Shown piece after piece: positions 30,320-41,310 of a stretch of 64,000 nt of DNA. Both the position numbers and the translations under genes were made by a program. Origin of the DNA: the human T2T-CHM13v2.0 reference genome, Homo sapiens; NCBI RefSeq assembly GCF_009914755.1, contig NC_060930.1. One strand, given 5' to 3'. Numbering within the stretch: the first letter of the stretch is position 1; each line of letters opens with the position of its first letter. The notes beneath the pieces were generated by a model that was not told the origin of the DNA, did not search any database, and saw only the letters and a program-made list of their open reading frames with translations.

Positions 30320-30598
30320 CATCTTCCTGTAGTACAGCGATTCAAAGATGTCATTGTCTCCGGGACAGTTGTAATGGCAGGCACAGGTCTTGATGAACAT
30401 CATGTTCTTCTTCATGACCTCGCCGTCAGGGCACTTGAACTCCACCGGCAGGGTGGTGGTTCTGTGGGGGGTGCAGCATCGGCCGTCGGTACATACTCCA
30501 CAGAATTTAGCTCGGTATGTCTTCATGCTGGTGCAGCCAGAAAGCTCAAACTTGATAGGCTTGGAGATTTTGGGAGTACGGATGCACTTTTTGCCCTT
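30302..30598 (-). CDS. CCN2: CCN2 exon 5 coding part (C-terminal cystine-knot module)
   Basis: Acceptor ccttag|[13 protein letters not shown]...CACHYNC...GDMA, stop TGA at 30304-30302. Confidence 0.98.
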   Translation of the reverse strand, partial: KGKKCIRTPKISKPIKFELSGCTSMKTYRAKFCGVCTDGRCCTPHRTTTLPVEFKCPDGEVMKKNMMFIKTCACHYNCPGDNDIFESLYYRKMYGDMA

Positions 30599-32210
30599 CT
30601 AAGGAAGACAAGGGAAAAGAGAGAGGAAAAAAAAAAATCAGCGACTCTACAAGAGGAGTGGCTTTCTTCAACCCTCTGTGTTTTAGTCTTCTGTTGTCTG
30701 ACTTCTGTTTATATTTTGAGGGGAGGAAGTTTGAGTCTCATTTGCTATGTCCAAAAATAGCCAGAGCCTCTCTTGGAATGTCTTGAATTAACTAACCCTG
30801 TGGAAGATTTCGTAGTGGAAAACTGGTGGTTGCTATTACACAAGCTCTCATTCCAGCAAAACAGCTCAATGGTTAGATAGTTTTGGAGATAACGGGCTTA
30901 TACTAACAAGCGTGGCAAGAGCCCTAAGTTGGGTCCTATCCACTGTTTTTCCTGTGAAAAATAGTTAATAGGAGCAGAACATGTACCTTAATGTTCTCTT
31001 CCAGGTCAGCTTCGCAAGGCCTGACCATGCACAGGCGGCTCTGCTTCTCTAGCCTGCAGGAGGCGTTGTCATTGGTAACCCGGGTGGAGATGCCCATCCC
31101 ACAGGTCTTGGAACAGGCGCTCCACTCTGTGGTCTGGACCAGGCAGTTGGCTCTAATCATAGTTGGGTCTGGGCCAAACGTGTCTTCCAGTCGGTAAGCT
31201 GCGAGAGCAGAGCACACAAACACCATGTAAAACGCCTGGATAAGGTATTTCCCCCGTTCGGTCGGCACAGTTAGGACTCCCTCCCTGGGAGAGAATCACG
31301 ACCCTGACTTAGAGGAAGACTCGACTCACCCGCGAGGGCAGGCCCAACCACGGTTTGGTCCTTGGGCTCGTCACACACCCACTCCTCGCAGCATTTCCCG
31401 GGCAGCTTGACCCTCCTCGGGAAGGGGCAGTCAGGGCTGGGCAGACGAACGTCCATGCTGCACAGGGGCATGCAGCCCACCGCCCCGTCCAGGCACGTGC
31501 ACTGGTACTTGCAGCTGCTCTGGAAGGACTCTCCGCTGCGGTACACCGTACCACCGAAGATGCAGGGAGCACCATCTTTGGCTGGAGAAGAGGAAGGGAA
31601 GAGAGGGGTGGGGGATGCAGAGGTCAGGCATTGGGGCACTCTCACATCCAGAGCGTCAGGGATGCGAGTTGGGATCTGGGCTGCAGGGGGCGGGCTGGCA
31701 GCAGCTGGAGAAAGAAACTCAGTCCGAGCGGTTTCTTTTTCCAGCGGGCGGGTGGGCGTGAGGGAGGAGGCGGCCGGACACCTAGCGGTGGGGGCTGCGG
31801 GTCTTACCGGTGCACACGCCGATCTTGCGGTTGGCCGGGGAGCCGAAGTCACAGAAGAGGCCCTTGTGCGGGTCGCAGGGGTCGCGCTCGGTGCACAGCT
31901 CGCCCAGCTGCTTGGCGCAGACGCGGCAGCAGCCGCAGCCGTCCAGCACGAGGCTCACGCCCGCCGGGCAGCGCGGCGCCGGCTCGTCCGGGCACCGGCA
32001 CGGCCCGCTGCAGTTCTGGCCGACGGCCGGCTGCAGGGAGGACAGGGCGGTCAGCGGCGCTCGGTCGGCGCGCACGCCCTCCCCGGCCGGCCCCGAGTCC
32101 CTCCCTGGCAGCCGCCGGCCGCAGCGGGGGCTCCCGGCGCTTACCCGGCTGCAGAGGGCGAGGAGGACCACGAAGGCGACGCGGACGGGGCCCATACTGG
32201 CGGCGGTCAT
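30302..32210 (-). CDS. CCN2: Cellular communication network factor 2 (connective tissue growth factor), full spliced CDS, 5 exons, 349 aa
   Basis: Exon CDS lengths 66+223+252+212+297=1050 nt. Translation [13 protein letters not shown]...[10 protein letters not shown] matches human CTGF. All four introns are GT-AG with phases 0,1,1,0. Kozak-like context gccaaccATG. Confidence 0.99.
30987..31198 (-). CDS. CCN2: CCN2 exon 4 (thrombospondin type-1 module)
   Basis: Acceptor tcgcag|[11 protein letters not shown] motif, donor AAG|gtacat; 212 nt. Confidence 0.98.
31330..31581 (-). CDS. CCN2: CCN2 exon 3 (von Willebrand factor type C module)
   Basis: Acceptor tctccag|[12 protein letters not shown]...CCEEWVC, donor GCGG|gtgagt; 252 nt. 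Confidence 0.98.
31808..32030 (-). CDS. CCN2: CCN2 exon 2 (IGFBP-like module)
   Basis: Acceptor ctgcag|[11 protein letters not shown] motif, donor CCG|gtaag; 223 nt. Confidence 0.98.
32145..32210 (-). CDS. CCN2: CCN2 exon 1 coding part (signal peptide, aa 1-22)
   Basis: ATG at 32210; [22 protein letters not shown]; donor CGG|gtaag at 32145/32144. Confidence 0.98.
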
Positions 32211-32416
32211 GGTTGGCACTGCGGGCGGAGCGGAGGGCGCGGTGGCGGCGAGCGGGGAGCGGCGGGGCCTGGAGCGCTGGCGGTGGTCGGAGGTGGGGAC
32301 CGGGACGCGCCGGGCTGTCGTCTCGGGGCTGTCGGCCGGGGCGGCTGCCGTCGAGCTGGAGGGTGGAGTCGCACTGGCTGTCTCCTCTCAGCGGGGAAGA
32401 GTTGTTGTGTGAGTTT
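32211..32416 (-). other. CCN2: CCN2 5'UTR (~206 nt), TSS near 32416
   Basis: Minus-strand AAACTCACACAAC begins 26 nt downstream of the first T of the TATA box; GC-rich leader up to the ATG. Confidence 0.85.
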
Positions 32417-32435
32417 GGGGCGGGCGGCCCGAGGC

Positions 32436-32442
32436 TTTTATA
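32436..32442 (-). promoter_or_regulatory. TATA box (TATAAAA)
   Basis: ttttata on +, starting 26 nt upstream of the TSS and flanked by GC-rich Sp1-like boxes. Confidence 0.92.
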
Positions 32443-32464
32443 CGCTCCGGGCGGCCGCGGCTCG

Positions 32465-32469
32465 CCAAT
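32465..32469 (+). promoter_or_regulatory. Inverted CCAAT box
   Basis: gccaatgag about 50 nt upstream of the TSS. Confidence 0.55.
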
Positions 32470-32499
32470 GAGCTGAATGGAGTCCTACACAAACAGGGA

Positions 32500-32516
32500 C
32501 ATTCCTCGCATTCCTC
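32500..32516 (-). promoter_or_regulatory. Tandem TEAD/ETS element (GAGGAATGCGAGGAATG)
   Basis: Two CATTCC motifs at 32500-32505 and 32509-32514; these are the established YAP/TAZ-TEAD response sites of the CTGF promoter. Confidence 0.9.
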
Positions 32517-32556
32517 CCCACCTTCCTGCCTCATCAACTCACACCGGATTGATCCT

Positions 32557-32587
32557 GACCCCTTGACACTCAGCATTCCTCCGTCTG
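32557..32587 (-). promoter_or_regulatory. BCE-1/TGF-beta response element + third TEAD site + SMAD element
   Basis: Minus-strand GTGTCAAGGGGTC (32569-32557), GGAATG (32579-32574) and CAGACGGA (32587-32580). Confidence 0.88.
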
Positions 32588-33058
32588 AAAAAGCTGGCAC
32601 ACTCCAGCTCACAGAAAAAAAAAAAAAGGAAAAAAAAAAGCGCAGTATTTCCAGCACCAAATAGAATTTTTTTTTCCCTATCCTCTTCGCACCACTCCTG
32701 ATTCATATCATTTATAAACACACTGGCAATTATTTCTTATTTCTTTTTCGAATAAGTTTGCCCTGTTCTGTCCACTGACATACATCCTTTTTAGGAAGTA
32801 GGTAGCTGAAGAGGCAAACAGCAGGAATTCCTAAAAAATTCGAAAAGGTTTCTCCCCCCCAACCCTTAGCAATGATTTGCGTTTTAGAGGCTATAGGCTC
32901 TTGAAACTCTCCAAAGAGTAGAAAAGGAGTGAGTTGCTTTTAACCATTTGAAATCCTCAAGATGCCTACCTGTAAAACCCTGAATTCTATATTTGAGATT
33001 TGATCATTTGTCACTTGAGGTAACGGTTTTGGGACAAGAAAGAGAACAAAGACGCGTG

Positions 33059-33065
33059 TGACTCA
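33059..33065. promoter_or_regulatory. AP-1 site TGACTCA, ~0.64 kb upstream of the TSS
   Basis: Perfect consensus in unique promoter sequence. Confidence 0.6.
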
Positions 33066-36001
33066 GGATGCAGTCTCCTGGGGCAGATTTCCAAAACTCT
33101 TGCTTAGTTTTCTCTTAATATATGTAGGAGTTTTATATAGGCAAGGACAAGGGAGGAGTGGCCATCAATGTTTCCAGAAAAAGGGATCCATTGTTCTATC
33201 AGAGCAAATGATTCTGTGTTGGGTAGGTAGGGGCTCTGGGTGTCAGGGTGGGAACACTGGGATGCAAAGGGGGTTCACCTAGGAGCATTTAAACACAGCT
33301 TCACTAGGGTCTTTGAGAAATGAGTGCATTTTCTTATATTAAAACCTATAATCTTCAAATGTGGATTGGATTTGGTTTGTCTTGTTAAAATAAGAAGTCT
33401 GATTCCATTACAAGAGCAGTGTACCCTGTTGTATCTGGATATAAACTAAGATTGACAGTGAATAATATATTTTTAGTGACTCCCCACACATCTATGAATA
33501 GTGATTGTGACTTCTCATTACCCAAGGAACATGCAGCCTGAGGGAGTGAGGTCAGGACAAGGAAAGAATAGGCTTTATTCTCCCTGGGTGTGTGCAGATG
33601 TTGAATATGGCCAATAAACCTAAGCATATCTCCATTTCTTAATATAGTGCTACTTAGCTTCACTAAAGACCCAACTAATTCACTGTGCTTTCATTTGGAA
33701 TCTATGTTGTTTAGTGGCTTTTTTGTTAATACCTCCAGTTCCCATTTTATATAAAGAGAGTGATTCTAGGGCCATACCATTTTTGTATTCTGTAATGCCG
33801 CATCATTTGACATTGGTGTTACCAATGAGTAGATTCCTTTAAGTTGTTGATGCTTCAGAGCATGGGTTCAAGATAAGCATATCTGTTTGTGGTGCAAAGA
33901 TCGGCTTTAGAAACAATGCATTATAGATTTATCATTTGAAAACAGCCTGTTTAAACTGATCAAATTTTTAAAGTTTCAGTACAGTCTGTTGAAAAATAGC
34001 CAAGAAGAAATATAACCACTCCAACTTCAGCATAGAGCATATCATCTGTGCACGATTACCTCGTTAAGCCAGCCACATGTTATAGAGTGTAGTTGCATGT
34101 CAATAGTGTGAATGGCCAGCAAAGGGGTGGGGGTGCCCTCTGAAGCTCAGGAAGAATTTTCGTCATTGTTATTTAATGTCCTTTCCAAGCATTCCTCAAA
34201 AAGAAGAGGCCTAAGAGTTCCTATTTAAAGAAGGAACATTCCAAGTTAACTTAATAGCCACATGTGTATTAAAGGCAACTTGGCCCTCAACTTTTTCTTC
34301 CCTTGTGGATGATTTTAAAAGTCCAAAATATGTGGGAAGCCACAGTGAAACCTTTCAAGACCTAAACCCCCAATTACATCTACCTCTAATGGTTGGAAAG
34401 GTGTGGTGGCTGGGGAAGGGTAGGGATGTGCAGTGCGAGTCTCACCTAAGGTGGGATGTGGGCTTGGTGGTGAGCTCTCCTAGCTTGCAGAGTGAGGTAG
34501 GTGGGAGAAGGGTTGGGGAATTTCTGAATCCTCAGGAGAGTCTGAAAGCTACCACCATCTTCATGCCTGCAGCAGGGAGACTCATTCATGGAGGGGATAA
34601 ATTGTTGTACTGGGTTATAGTTAGATGACCTAGGTTGTATTCTTGGAACTGCCTTTCGCAGATCTCAGGGAAGTCACACGTAGGAGCCATATTCCCATTT
34701 CTGTTTAAAAAATGAAAGTAATCATAATTTTTTTAATTTAATAGGGTTCAGTGAGGGCTGAGTAGATGAAAATTCCAGGGAATTGGTGCTTTATTTTTTT
34801 CAGATTTTCTTGATTTTTTTTCAATCTCTGTGTATAATAAGTATATTACCATTCTGCTCTGTTGTTAAAAATGTCAAAAGAAAGAATTTGGTTTTACTAT
34901 AAAATTCTCATAGTCCCTCGAAGTCTCAAAAAAATCTATAGTCAGTTCCAAATAGATGATTTTAATGTTGCTTAAGAGGAAATAAGCATATTGAAATATA
35001 TAGAACATATGAAATCTCAGGAAAGAAAAAGTTTCTGTGCATTATCAGGTTAGATTGAGGCTTTATGATCAAAACTCTTTTTGAAGGAGTTAAAAGACTA
35101 TTATTAAGAGAGTGACACAGAGACAGACAGACACATACATGCACACACACCCAGAGAGAGAGAGAATGAGAGAAGACACCCAAGACATTCACAGACTCAG
35201 AAGTATGTTTTTATTGTGATATGGACCATCAAATGCCAGGAAACTCAAAGGGAAAGGCTGATACTCCATCCATAATTCATGCCATGGGATCTGAATTCTT
35301 GCACTATTATCAATGACTCAGCAAATGTTTGTGTGTGCCTGGGCGGTAAAGTGGGAAATAGTGGCTTCTTATAACTTCATCCAACTTTGACTTACCCCAG
35401 CCCCTTTGATTGACAGCAGGTCAGAGTTGGGAGAAAAAGATCTTTGAATTTGTGTGCAAAATGGTTAAGATGCACTAATTTTGACTTGTAAGCAAGTATT
35501 TATCTAGCAAATGCTTTTTAGAGAGCATTTTTTCCTCGTGGTAAAATGAGGAATTAACTAAGCTGGCCACTGAGTCCTGTTTACCAAGCTATATAAGGTA
35601 TGTGTGTGTGTCTACTAGGGCATCATTTGTACTGGTCGTTTGGTTAAGTCTTGTAAGATGTTCAGCTGTGGATGTATTACATTCCTTCCCTTAAGTTTTT
35701 TGTTGTTTTTTCCTCCCTAAAAAAAAAAGGTTTCTTGATCAGGTATCAGACACAGAGAAAACCTGGCAGGACTACAGAAAAGTGGCCAGAGTTGGAGTGT
35801 TTGTGTACTTAAAGAAGGAATCTTGCACATTTTCAACTTTTAGTTGTAGACATTTTCTTATAAGAGCAAGTAGGAGTCAGTGCCAGCCCTCAAAGCGGAA
35901 ATCAAAGCTCCCAGGGAAACATGCCGGAGGAATGTGACTCAGAGCCAAGACCCATACGCAATGCATACACGGAGCTGTCAGACTTATAGGAGGAAGTCTG
36001 G

Positions 36002-36011
36002 CCGTATATGG
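36002..36011. promoter_or_regulatory. CArG-like SRF box CCGTATATGG
   Basis: One mismatch to CC(A/T)6GG; ~3.79 kb upstream of the ATG, matching the recalled -3791 SRF/MRTF element of CTGF. Confidence 0.8.
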
Positions 36012-37114
36012 GCATCTGGACAGTGAGCGATTTGTCCTTATGGTGGGTCAGGGGGAGGTTTCTGATGTTTCTAGCGTGCCTCAAATTCAATCATGTAAAT
36101 TAATTCTACAAAAAAAAATGGTATCCCAGAAGCCTTTTGTAAAATAGTAATAAATATTATTCTGAAATCTTCAGGGACCCTGGTTTGGCTGACATGACCT
36201 CCTGTTTGCTTAAGATGAAGGTTAAGGAGAGGGCGTACTTGCTGGGAGTTCATGGCGGGGAAGATAAACGCGGATGTTTACTATCTAAATTACATTCATT
36301 ACCTTCATGCCTTTTCCTCCTTATAATTAGTTCTCTGACTTTCTTAGGATATTTTCTAATGCAAAGGTATTTGTCAGAAGGCAGTCAAGGCCGTTGCATG
36401 TGGTTTGTGTTTTATGTTTGCCTGTTCCTCGCTTGTCCATAGAGTTGGAGGCCAGAGGGGTGAGAAAGGAAGTTTTGTTTTGTAAGATGATATCCCTTCA
36501 ACTTACTGTTTGTTTCACTTATTTTGTTAATTTGACTCTTTTTTTTTTTAAAGTAGTTTACTTAGAATCCTGTGTTGCCTCTAGTCAGCTTTTGTTCATC
36601 TAAGATAGTGTCAGATGAGGATGCTGCTAGGTAGGAATGAGCCTGGTGGTCTCTTACACTGTCCTCGACAGGTTAGAATCTCAAATTCATCACCGTTTAG
36701 CAACCAGGAGTATTTACAGCCCCTTGCTTCATCAGGGCTAAATGTGAAGCATCCCCTTGGTGATACTTAAGGTGATATTTAAGTGAGTGGGAATGAAAAA
36801 CAGAGGAAATAAGCATTTCTTAAGATGTGTGATTTGGGGACACCCAATCAATAGGTTTAGGAGGAAGAGAGAATTGGGACTAGCTATCTTATCTCAAATA
36901 ATAGAAGTAAGTGAAAGGATAAATATTTTGAAAGGACTAGTGTGAAATATACATGAATGTATTCCTAGGGATTCTGCTGCGGGGTGGGAAAGGGGTGCAG
37001 ATTAAGCCAGACCCCATCATTCATCCCTGGAAATGTGCTCCCACCTCTAGCCAAGAGGCCTGAGGTCCCTTCTCACAACTTCAAACTCCCTGGAATACCA
37101 TTAGGTGGAGCCTA

Positions 37115-37270
37115 GGGGACTGGCTAGGAGGTGAAGGTGTGAGCTCCATACCTGCCATTTGCTTGCCAGTGACCTCAGGGAAGACACCTACTCTCTCTGA
37201 GCCTGAAATTTCCCACCTGTTCACAGTTAATGTGCAGCTCAAGGAGACAATATTTATGAAAGCACTTTCA
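37115..37270 (+). mobile_element. MIR fragment
   Basis: gtgacctcagggaag...ctctctgagcctgaaatttcccacctgt. Confidence 0.6.
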
Positions 37271-37519
37271 TAAAGGTATTAGAGTTTTAAAATTGCCCTT
37301 CTCTTCCATTCTTCAGTGGCTCTCAAAACTAAGCCCAACTCAGATTGACTGTAAAAGCCTGTCACAGTTTGATTTTATAACAGTGTCCAGCTCTGCATGG
37401 GTTTTAGAGTGTTAAAACTAGGTGAGAGCTCAGAGAAAATCAAATCCTACCTCTTATTTATTTATTTATTTTATTAGATTAGATATTCAGGATTGATAGA
37501 GACATTTAACAAATGAAAA

Positions 37520-37975
<456 letters not shown>

Positions 37976-38739
37976 TGATAGCATCTACTCCCTTCATCTT
38001 CATTATATGTTCATAGTTTTCATTGATTTGTGGAGGATGGGGAGAGTTAGGGAGTTCCTAACAGTCTTCCTTTCTTCAGTGAAAAATGTGTAACTTATCA
38101 CTAATAAGAATATGGTATGCAAATGATAAAGAAACAACCAAAAAATTATGATTGCTTGTGTCCATCACATTTTCTTTAGATTTGTATTTCTTGGAAACCA
38201 AGGTGGTATTTTACTTAATGTGATGCTACAGACTTTAACACTTTACATATATTTGGGTTGACAGTTTTCTTTCATTTCATTTTGTAATGTGAACTGTGCT
38301 ACCATGATGGTGACAAGTTTTCAAATTAAAAGCAAACTTGGTAGCCAGTATGTTCTAGAATGCTAAAAACCAAGTTGTTCGAATCATCCAAAGAGTTTCT
38401 AAACTATTTTCCTGTGTGTAAATCTTTAAATAACCATGCCTATGGGAATCATATATTAAAATCTGAGCACCTGGATAAGGCTTTTTGAGAAGGTATCTTA
38501 TCTTCTAAGTCAGAACTTTCACCACATATGAAGAAAAACCACATTCTATTTAAAATCCTGACATCATCAGATTTGAAGTAAAAGTCAACTAATGCATTGT
38601 TTAATTTGATGTTAGAATGCACGATGCCAATTTTATCTGAACAATTTAGCGGGAACGCTTCTTAGAACTCTATCTGGGTGCCTAAAATAGATACTCAAAA
38701 TTTTGACTGCATTCTCTTTTGTTTATGTAGAAATTTTTA

Positions 38740-38910
38740 ATTTACAAAGCCCTTTCACGGTTACCATCTTACTTCATTATCATAACAATCGCATTAGGTA
38801 TTATTCTACCCATATTGCAGGTGAGGAAATTGAGGTCCAATAATGCTAACATACACAAGCCTGGTTAGAGGTGGAGAAGGGACAAGTGAATTTAAATTCA
38901 GTTCTTCTAA
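38740..38910 (-). mobile_element. MIR fragment
   Basis: attaggtattattctacccatattgcaggtgaggaaattgagg. Confidence 0.65.
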
Positions 38911-41119
38911 AGAGAACACCCCTTGCCTTTCCTTCCAAACTTCACGGCTTCTTTTCTTTCCATTCTATATATGGTGATCTCTAAACACTGTGTGTCCTTA
39001 AGATAGTTATCTCAGATCTTAAACTCTTAAAGGACACACCCTAGAAGGCATATAAACACCTGTGGGCTAACTGGCAGTCACTATTGTATTGTGCCGTGGT
39101 CTGAGATAAACATGAAGTAGAAAGAAAATGTTTACTGACCTGTATTAGTAGAGAAATTTGGGCTTAGATTTGCTTTTTTTTTTTTTTTTTAACAATTAAG
39201 ATTTTGGTGATGTTGCTATGTAGACAGATATGTTCTTCTTATCCGCTAACTAACTGATGCAGCTAAAAAAGGAAAAAATGAATAAGATGATGGGTATGCT
39301 TTGGGAGGCTTAATATCAGGGTGTGCTCTGCTCTGATGTCAGCCTCAGCCCACACTGAAAGCGTTCAGTCTAACCCTATGCAGTCTTGTTTCGGCTGAGA
39401 CTGGGACCAACCATAGACATCATGAAGGTCTTCTTGAATAATTGTATCATTCACTGATAAGCTACCCTTAGGGATAAATATCATGACAGAGTCTGGGACA
39501 AACCATCAGCACTGAAGCAATGTCTACTATCAACATAGGTTTTTCACGAGTATCCCCTAATAAACATGTCCTGCCATGTTATTGATATTTATTTTATGAA
39601 CTTGCCTTAACTGAAAATGCACTTTCCTCAAACTGAATATGCTTTGCCTTTCAGGTTTACAGCTTTCTCCCTCTCTCCTTTAACCATGGAAGGATTTGAT
39701 TTGAATCATAACTAGTTTCATGTTGTTAATGGAATGCAATTTGTCATAACTACACATGGCAGAGAGAGAGGGTTGTCTAGGAATGGTGGGGTTATGATGA
39801 GGGAATTTTCTTATTGACCTGCACATGTGTGTGAAAGTTAACAACTACAGGATTACATTTCATATAACCATTGACTTGCTCATGTCTGGAAATAATATCA
39901 CTATTAAGCTATTTCTCATATACAGATGATAAAAACTTATTTTGTCCAATTGAATCTTTTGTGGCATTTTCATCATTTCTAACGTCTCTATGTTGGTTCT
40001 TCTTGATTGTGGTTTTCCCTGCTGTTTCCGTATTTGACTGATTGCTGAGGCTCCTACTATTTGCTTTCAGCTCAGAAGGTAAGCAAGCAAACTTCCAGTC
40101 CAGTTTCAGATGGACTTTGAACCAATGTTGCTTTGCAGTAGGGCTGAGCACTGCCACAGTCAAATGTATCCTCCCTGGTTGGCTTTGATCGCTTTCGAGG
40201 CAGGCCCATCCCTCATGGGTCAAGCTGGTTTTTCCTTGTCAGCTTCTGAAGCCTCCCCGAGAGGGGGGACCCACAGTGTGGTGTTACCACTTTTCTCTCA
40301 TGTGTTCTCATTTTACACACTGAAGCCTGGCCTTCATCTAAAGTGAACTCGAGAAGTCCAAACTCCTGTATTTCTCATGCATCATATCCAACTTTCCAAG
40401 AAGGGAAAATGACCTTATGTTGAGCAGAAACGGCCATCTGGAAGCCATTTTGTCTACCGTAAGCGCCAAGGACGAGGAGAATTCTTAGACCCTGCATGTG
40501 AGGGCAGGAGGCCACAAGGCAGAAGCCACTCACCAAATGTATTTATGTCATAGCTACATCACCTGGCATCCTTTACTAAAGTGTTGCAGGGGGTCATTTT
40601 ACTTGGACTTCCTTATTTTTCCTGGCATTGCTGGTGGTAGGGAAATACTCCTGTTGTACTGTTTCTGGCAGCCCAATATTCCACCAAGCTAGGCCTAGAA
40701 AAGCAAAGGTGCAGTGAGGTGGGGAAGACACTAGTACATCATTTAAAAAAAAAAAACTTTGGTGTTTATGCTTTGTTTTCAAGATCGTAAGAATAAAACC
40801 TGCCAAAATAAACTTGGCTCATATTTAATTGATTAAACAAGATTTTTAACAATTGTAGCTTGACATTCTAGTGTGAAATTTTGTCACTTAAAGTAAGCTA
40901 ATTTTATAGTTTAAAGCATTTCATAAAATTAGCCACCATTTTGGATTGAGTGAGTCCTAATTTTTATCTTGATTTAGAATGTTTTAGAAATAGATATATC
41001 ATCAAATTGATCTGAATATAAAATTTGCTGTACTTTGTATTTCTCTTTTTCACCATTTCAGGAGAGATTTTTTTCTCTATTTCTCTATTTAATAATATGA
41101 TTAAATGTTAATATGGCTT

Positions 41120-41310
41120 AATGCATGACATTAAGCAAACTACTTAATCTCTCTAAGTCTCTGCTTCTGTTAACCTGGAGATAATAATGGTACCCACTTC
41201 ATAAGATTTCATAGAATTGTTGGGACATTTTGCAAGGGTTAAATACCAAAAAATCCTAAAACATCTAGAACAATGCTTGTCAGAGACTAAACACTCAATA
41301 AATGTTCATT
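41120..41310 (+). mobile_element. MIR fragment
   Basis: acttaatctctctaagtctctgcttctg...gataataatggtacc...cactcaataaatg. Confidence 0.65.

Larger units (their letters stand above)
31240..32480. other. CpG island over the CCN2 promoter and exons 1-3
   Basis: Very high GC and CpG density compared with the CpG-depleted flanks; boundaries approximate. Confidence 0.9.

Noticed and set aside
31271-31852. 193-aa ORF running from exon 2 through intron 2 into exon 3
   Set aside because: It has a GTG start in the wrong frame for exon 2; only the exon 3 part is real coding sequence and the extension reflects a GC-rich intron.
31355-32476. Two long + strand ORFs (373 aa and 369 aa) antisense to CCN2
   Set aside because: They lie in the CpG island where stop codons are rare, start at TTG, give low-complexity Arg/Gly/Ala-rich peptides and partly shadow the CCN2 reading frame; there is no independent coding evidence.
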